Positions 59,339-64,000 of a stretch of 64,000 bases of DNA are shown here, in pieces. How positions within the stretch are numbered: the stretch's first letter is position 1; each line of letters opens with the position of its first letter. A program made the translations under genes and the position numbers. Under the pieces are notes generated by a model that ran no database searches, was not told where the DNA came from, and saw only the letters and a program-made list of their open reading frames with translations. The DNA lies in NCBI GenBank assembly GCA_016713585.1, contig JADJOV010000025.1, positions 110,361-174,360 of the forward strand. Reading direction: 5' to 3'. The DNA is from Bdellovibrionales bacterium (GTDB lineage: Bacteria; Bdellovibrionota; Bdellovibrionia; Bdellovibrionales; Bdellovibrionaceae).

Positions 59339-60624
59339 ATGAAAGCATTGGGACGTCATATATTGGTGGAATTCACGGGTTGCCTTGCAGATGTCTTAAA
59401 TGACGTCAGCATCATTGAAAAAAGCATGGTCGAGGCCGCTCAGATCGCAGGCGCAACAGTTATTAATTCAAATTTTCATCACTTCTCACCCTGGGGCGTC
59501 TCTGGCGTGGTGGTGATCCAAGAGAGTCACCTCGCAATTCACACCTGGCCAGAATACAAATACGCGGCCGTGGATCTCTTCACTTGTGGTGAGACCGTTG
59601 ATCCCTGGGTTTCTTTTGAGTTTCTCAAAAAGGCTTTTGGCGCAAATTATTCAGCCATTGAGATGAATCGGGGCTCACATCACCTGCTAAAGAAGAGCGA
59701 TTTTAAGCCCCACCGCGCCAATGAAGATCAGGCCTATGTCACCAACCAGAAAGATTCCTACAAAATTGAACGAAATGTTTGGTTTACTGACAAGGACGAG
59801 CGCCAAGCTCTTTCTTTGAGATACTCGGATGTATTGTTTAATGAGACCAATGAATTTCAGCAAGTTCGAGTATTTGAGACCTTTGCTTATGGGAAAATGC
59901 TCGCAATTAACAACATGATTATGTGCACAGAGCGAGATGAAGCTCACTATCATGAAATGATTGTTCACCCCATTATGCAACTTCATGGAAAACCTCAAAA
60001 TATTCTGGTCATCGGGGCGGGGACGGCGGTACGATTCGAGAAGTTCTGAAGTACGACTCCGTTAAAAAAGTGACTATGGTTGAGATTGATGAAGCCGTGA
60101 TCCGCGCCTCTAAGCTGCACCTTCCAGGTCTTGCCTGTGAGTTTTCAAATCCAAAGCTTGAGCTCATTGTTGGTGACGGTATTGACTTCGTAGCTAAGGC
60201 TAAAGTCGAGTCCTATGATGTTATTATCGTTGACGGCTCTGACCCTGTGGGTCCCGCCCAAGGACTCTTCTCTGCTCAGTTTTATCGGGATTGTCAAAAA
60301 GCCTTGAAATCTGATGGGCTATTGATCACTCAGGGCGAGTCTCCAATGTTTCACCAAAGCACCTTTGTTGAGCTCAATCGATGTTTGAAATCAATTTTTG
60401 GCAGTCAAAAGGTGCACACGATTCTTTTCCATGCGACCACTTACCCTTCGGGAATGTGGAGTCTTCAGATGGCGACAAAGGCCTCGTTAAATCCTAAGGC
60501 TGATTTTAACTGGAAAAATGCGGACACTTTTTGTCAGAGAAATAACCTCAAGTATTACAATGCGGATCTGCATACAGCTGCTCTTAGTCTACCGACTTTC
60601 GTCAGAGCATTGTTGGCCGAGTAG
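59339..60624 (+). pseudogene. S-adenosylmethionine decarboxylase (SpeH-type) fused to spermidine synthase, frameshifted
   Basis: The N-terminal ~120 aa are AdoMetDC (HILVEF.GC, processing-site context [15 protein letters not shown]). The rest is spermidine synthase. The join [30 protein letters not shown] is restored by adding one G at the G-run 60014-60017. The pieces are ORFs 59339-60049 and 60070-60624. Confidence 0.8.
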
Positions 60625-60780
60625 TCTCGTGGTTTAATTCACGGCTGGACCTCCTTTTTTTGCATTTATTGCCGACTAATACCCAGAGATGAGTTTAGAA
60701 AATAGAGTCCAAGCCGCATTCGTGAAAGAAACCTATGAGAGGACCATTCCTGGCTCCATTTTTGCCTTTTTTTAACCATT

Positions 60781-62109
60781 GTGGTCATGACGTACCAATA
60801 CAACTCCTCAGAGCTTGGGCGTCCTTTTATTTATATTGGCAGCGCGATCTGTGTTGTTCTGGCTTTCCGAGCGACAATTTCTATGCTCGGACTCAAGGGT
60901 ATAATCAGCGCCTTTGCCTATCTGCCCCACCTCAAAGCGGCGCTCATCCTGAACTCTCTCTTATGGGGCATTATCTTCTGCCTGGATGCATGGTACGCCA
61001 AGAATGACGGCGTGGAAAAATTTATCTCATTTTCACTTATGATTGGAATTACAGGAGCCTCTCCGACAGCTCTGGTGACCGTGCCTTATATTCAGAGGTT
61101 ATTGTATTTCACTGCGCTCGTTGCGCCAGGAATTGTGTATTTCTATCGAATTGGAATTGGGGAAATTCCAACAAATTTTCTACCCCTACCTGTGTCGCTA
61201 ATTTTATTTCTATTCTACAATGTTGTCTCCGGAAAAAAGCTTCTTTCAATGCTTACCAAGAGCATTGAAAACACCTTGAGATTGGAACTCGAACAAGAAA
61301 ACCTCAGAAAGGCTCTCCAACAACTGAATGAAACTCAGAACGACCTCATGAATGAAAAGGCAAAAACTATTAACTCTGAACGCTTGAACTTCCTCGGAAG
61401 CATGGCCGCGGGTGTAGCCCATGAAATTAATAATCCCCTGACAATTTCTGGTGGACAAGTCTTTAGAATTCAAAGCTTACTCGCTGCTGAACCTTGTCGA
61501 GAAAATTTGACAAAAATCGGACAGTTTGTCGAAAAAATCACTGAGATGAATGGCAGAATACGAAATATCGTTCGGGGACTTCAATATTTTTCACGAGAAC
61601 GAAAAATCGAAAATCTCGAAATCTTTTCTCTCGGAGATCTGATGGAATTGAATTCTCATTTTTTTGCAGAGAGAATGAAATCCAAAGAGATTGAGTTTAG
61701 TGTTCAGTCTCCGCCCGATGTGGTGATTCTCGGTCAAAAAAACGAGATATCCCAAGCCCTGTTTAACCTGCTAGATAATGCCATCGAGGCCGTCCAGTCA
61801 GTCCCTCATAAAGTCATTTCAATCGCCTTTAAGGTCATCCTCAACCGCATTGAAATCACCGTTTCAGATAACGGACAAGGAATTAGCGCGGAAATTGGAG
61901 ATCGAATTTTCGATCCGTTTTTTACAACAAAGGACGTTGGGCAAGGAACCGGTCTGGGACTTAGCGTGGCCCGAGGAATTATTCAGTCTCACGGGGGGAC
62001 CTTGCATTTTACCAGCGTACAAGGAGCTACCACTTTTATGCTCACTCTCCCACTTGCTACTGCTGGTGGTGCCGTTGCACCTTCAGAAAATAGTCATACG
62101 GCTGCCTAA
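60781..62109 (+). CDS. membrane sensor histidine kinase
   Basis: It has a multi-TM N-terminal region, the HisKA H-box [10 protein letters not shown], and the HATPase N/G boxes DNAIEA, DNGQGI and GTGLGLS. Confidence 0.85.
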   Translation: MVMTYQYNSSELGRPFIYIGSAICVVLAFRATISMLGLKGIISAFAYLPHLKAALILNSLLWGIIFCLDAWYAKNDGVEKFISFSLMIGITGASPTALVTVPYIQRLLYFTALVAPGIVYFYRIGIGEIPTNFLPLPVSLILFLFYNVVSGKKLLSMLTKSIENTLRLELEQENLRKALQQLNETQNDLMNEKAKTINSERLNFLGSMAAGVAHEINNPLTISGGQVFRIQSLLAAEPCRENLTKIGQFVEKITEMNGRIRNIVRGLQYFSRERKIENLEIFSLGDLMELNSHFFAERMKSKEIEFSVQSPPDVVILGQKNEISQALFNLLDNAIEAVQSVPHKVISIAFKVILNRIEITVSDNGQGISAEIGDRIFDPFFTTKDVGQGTGLGLSVARGIIQSHGGTLHFTSVQGATTFMLTLPLATAGGAVAPSENSHTAA

Positions 62110-62156
62110 CGCCGCACAGGCAGTTTAGGATGGATGCTTGGTTTTTCCTATCCACT

Positions 62157-62786
62157 TCAGTTCAACTCCAAACCCTTTTCGTACAGTCGGCTCAAAAGCG
62201 CTGGAGGCAAATTGAGGTGAAATCCGACCTTCATGACTTGATTCAGTAGTGACTGTTTAAGAGTTCCATTTTTTTGAAATCGAATCGCGGATGTGGTGCT
62301 CAAAAAAGGAAGAATCTCTGGTTGGCATGTCTTGCGAAACTCATAGCAAAGCAAAGTGTCCTCAAAAATATCGACTTCGGGAATATCTTTGGTCCAAAGC
62401 TCTCGATCAAAGAAAATGCCATGGTCAAGGTAGACGATACCACGTTTTGGTCGGATTTTATTCGAGTACCATGAGGTAAAACTTAAAATGGGGTTATGAA
62501 TATCAAATTGGTGAGTAAAGCCACCCCAAGAAGGTTTTCGGTGACTGTCTCTGCTGAGCTGAATGAGAAAATCAATACCAGCAGAATCCGTATAAGAGCG
62601 TGGATGATGAAAGAGAATTATTTTTCCCTGTGACCGATGAAATCCAAGATTTAGTCTTTGCGCTCGGGAAGCGCCTTCCTTCAGGCCAACAATAACAACC
62701 TCGATCTCGCTCAAACCCTTAAAATTCCGAAGTGATTCCTCGATCTCTGGACCGCTCGGTTCACCGGGGAAAACAACACTCAGCAT
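62157..62786 (-). CDS. glycosyltransferase-2-like protein (TIGR04283-like), short N-terminus
   Basis: The segments ASRAQRLNLGF..GKIILFHHPRS, VYLDHGIFFDRELW, IFEDTLLCYEFRK and TSAIRFQKNG resemble that family as I remember it. Confidence 0.5.
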   Translation of the reverse strand: MLSVVFPGEPSGPEIEESLRNFKGLSEIEVVIVGLKEGASRAQRLNLGFHRSQGKIILFHHPRSYTDSAGIDFLIQLSRDSHRKPSWGGFTHQFDIHNPILSFTSWYSNKIRPKRGIVYLDHGIFFDRELWTKDIPEVDIFEDTLLCYEFRKTCQPEILPFLSTTSAIRFQKNGTLKQSLLNQVMKVGFHLNLPPALLSRLYEKGLELN

Positions 62787-62831
62787 TTGATATCCTTAGC
62801 TATTGCCTTAGAAAAATCAGAGTCATTCATA

Positions 62832-63881
62832 TCAGCAACAAGCTCCTATCTTATCTTCCAGCTTTCGGTCGGGGACTGGGCTGCAATCAAAGAGGCCAAA
62901 ATGTTGTGACATGTTTCCGACGACTTTAAAATGTTCGCTGTGACGAGTTTTTTCAAGCATTAAAGCCGTGTTTCCGCAAACAGGTATGGGCTTGCCTGTT
63001 TCGAATGTGTGATGATCGTCCAACACAAAAGCGTTGGGTGCTTTTGAAATTGTTCCCAGATAGGTCGCAATCTGACCGTGGTCTTCGCAACGGTCTTCCA
63101 GTTCCAATTTAAAAGCTCGGACTGTCATCGAGTAAAATTCGATGAGTCCAGCTTTTAGTTTCATTTCCTCATCGATCAAATCGATCTTAGAGGTCGTCAT
63201 AAGACGATAGTCATTACAGCCAATTTTTTGCATCATTCGGCGGAAGTCTTCTAAGTAGAGCGCTCCGCCCAAACATTCTCCAACGAAAACATCATCATTT
63301 TTGAGTGCAGCAGGGACCCGTCGATTTGAAAAGACGTCGGAAAAATAAAATTCCCCACCGGGTTTCAGGACTCGAAAGACCTCGGAAAAAACGCGGTCCT
63401 TACAAGGTGACAAATTGATGACACAGTTGGAGGTGACCAAATCAACAGAATTGTTTTTAACGCCCGTGCTTTCTAGGTCCTCAATGTAGCCTTTGATGAA
63501 AGAGATATTCGGTTTTTGAAAGCCAAATTTTTTCGTGTGATAATTGATATGTCGTTCGGCAACTTCGATTTGTTCCTCGGTCATGTCGACGCCTATCACG
63601 CGGCCATTTGGTCCAACCAATTTGGACAAAAGAAAACAATCACGACCAGAGCCGCTGCCAAGATCTAAGACCGTCATTCCCTCTAAATTAGAGGGAATGG
63701 GTGAGCCACACCCATAGAACTTTTCTTTCACTTCATCATGAATTTCTTTGAGGATATTGCGTAAATAAAGAGGCATGCTTTCGGTCGAGCAGCAGGCACT
63801 TGTCTTTAAATCCTGACTCGTTTTTAAGACCTTGCCATAATATTCCTTAACGCTATCGAGGCCTTTGAATTCTGTTTCCAT
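62832..63881 (-). CDS. arsM: arsenite S-adenosylmethionine methyltransferase-like protein
   Basis: The ATG at 63881 has a GGAG RBS. The N-terminus is VKEYYGKVLKTSQDLKTSACCS, the SAM motif is VLDLGSGSGRD, and there is a C-terminal Cys pair (GACC). Confidence 0.7.
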   Translation of the reverse strand: METEFKGLDSVKEYYGKVLKTSQDLKTSACCSTESMPLYLRNILKEIHDEVKEKFYGCGSPIPSNLEGMTVLDLGSGSGRDCFLLSKLVGPNGRVIGVDMTEEQIEVAERHINYHTKKFGFQKPNISFIKGYIEDLESTGVKNNSVDLVTSNCVINLSPCKDRVFSEVFRVLKPGGEFYFSDVFSNRRVPAALKNDDVFVGECLGGALYLEDFRRMMQKIGCNDYRLMTTSKIDLIDEEMKLKAGLIEFYSMTVRAFKLELEDRCEDHGQIATYLGTISKAPNAFVLDDHHTFETGKPIPVCGNTALMLEKTRHSEHFKVVGNMSQHFGLFDCSPVPDRKLEDKIGACC

Positions 63882-63898
63882 AAAATCTCCTTCAATAT

Positions 63899-64000
63899 TT
63901 ACTCGATGGATCCGCCACAAGAGCTGCCGGCGCCCGCCGTGCAGGCATAACAATGATTGGCGAAAGTTATGTTCTCATTTTCTAACTCATCAAAACTTGC
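63899..64000 (-). CDS. 3' end of an unidentified Cys-rich gene (runs off the right edge)
   Basis: Hand translation of the minus strand: ..ASFDELENENITFANHCYACTAGAGSSCGGSIE*. It ends 17 nt upstream of arsM. Function unknown. Confidence 0.25.
   Translation of the reverse strand, partial: ASFDELENENITFANHCYACTAGAGSSCGGSIE

Overview
This is a 64-kb chromosomal window of a Gram-negative bacterium. Gene content suggests a Bdellovibrio-like lineage: many PilZ/c-di-GMP proteins, surface lipoproteins and an alpha-2-macroglobulin/PbpC pair. That lineage call is inference only. Left to right, the window contains: a partial trmO; a BMP-family nucleoside-type ABC transporter; an S1/P1-like nuclease; a fragmented GGDEF-PilZ gene; a porin; an IS200/RAYT-like HUH gene; RNase R; a UbiB-family kinase; a YidE/YbjL-type transporter; a surface-protein cluster (collagen-like lipoprotein, small beta-barrel, 968-aa lipoprotein) next to a ThiF-like E1 and an AraC regulator; an acyltransferase-PilZ fusion; alpha-2-macroglobulin plus pbpC; a nitroreductase; fadH; a DEAD-box helicase; and tRNA-Asn. 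The tRNA is followed by a low-GC integrative island carrying an ECF sigma/anti-sigma/LepB module, xis-int and a RES-Xre toxin-antitoxin pair. Further right are a decayed HigBA-like cassette, an OMP, a response regulator, a leucine-catabolism (liu) cluster, RNase P RNA (rnpB), recQ, a speH-speE fusion, a histidine kinase and an arsM cluster. No rRNA or CRISPR array was seen. The dominant technical feature is that at least 13 otherwise conserved genes are split by 1-nt frameshifts, mostly in homopolymer runs. All functional calls come from motif recognition in the supplied or hand-made translations. No database search was run.
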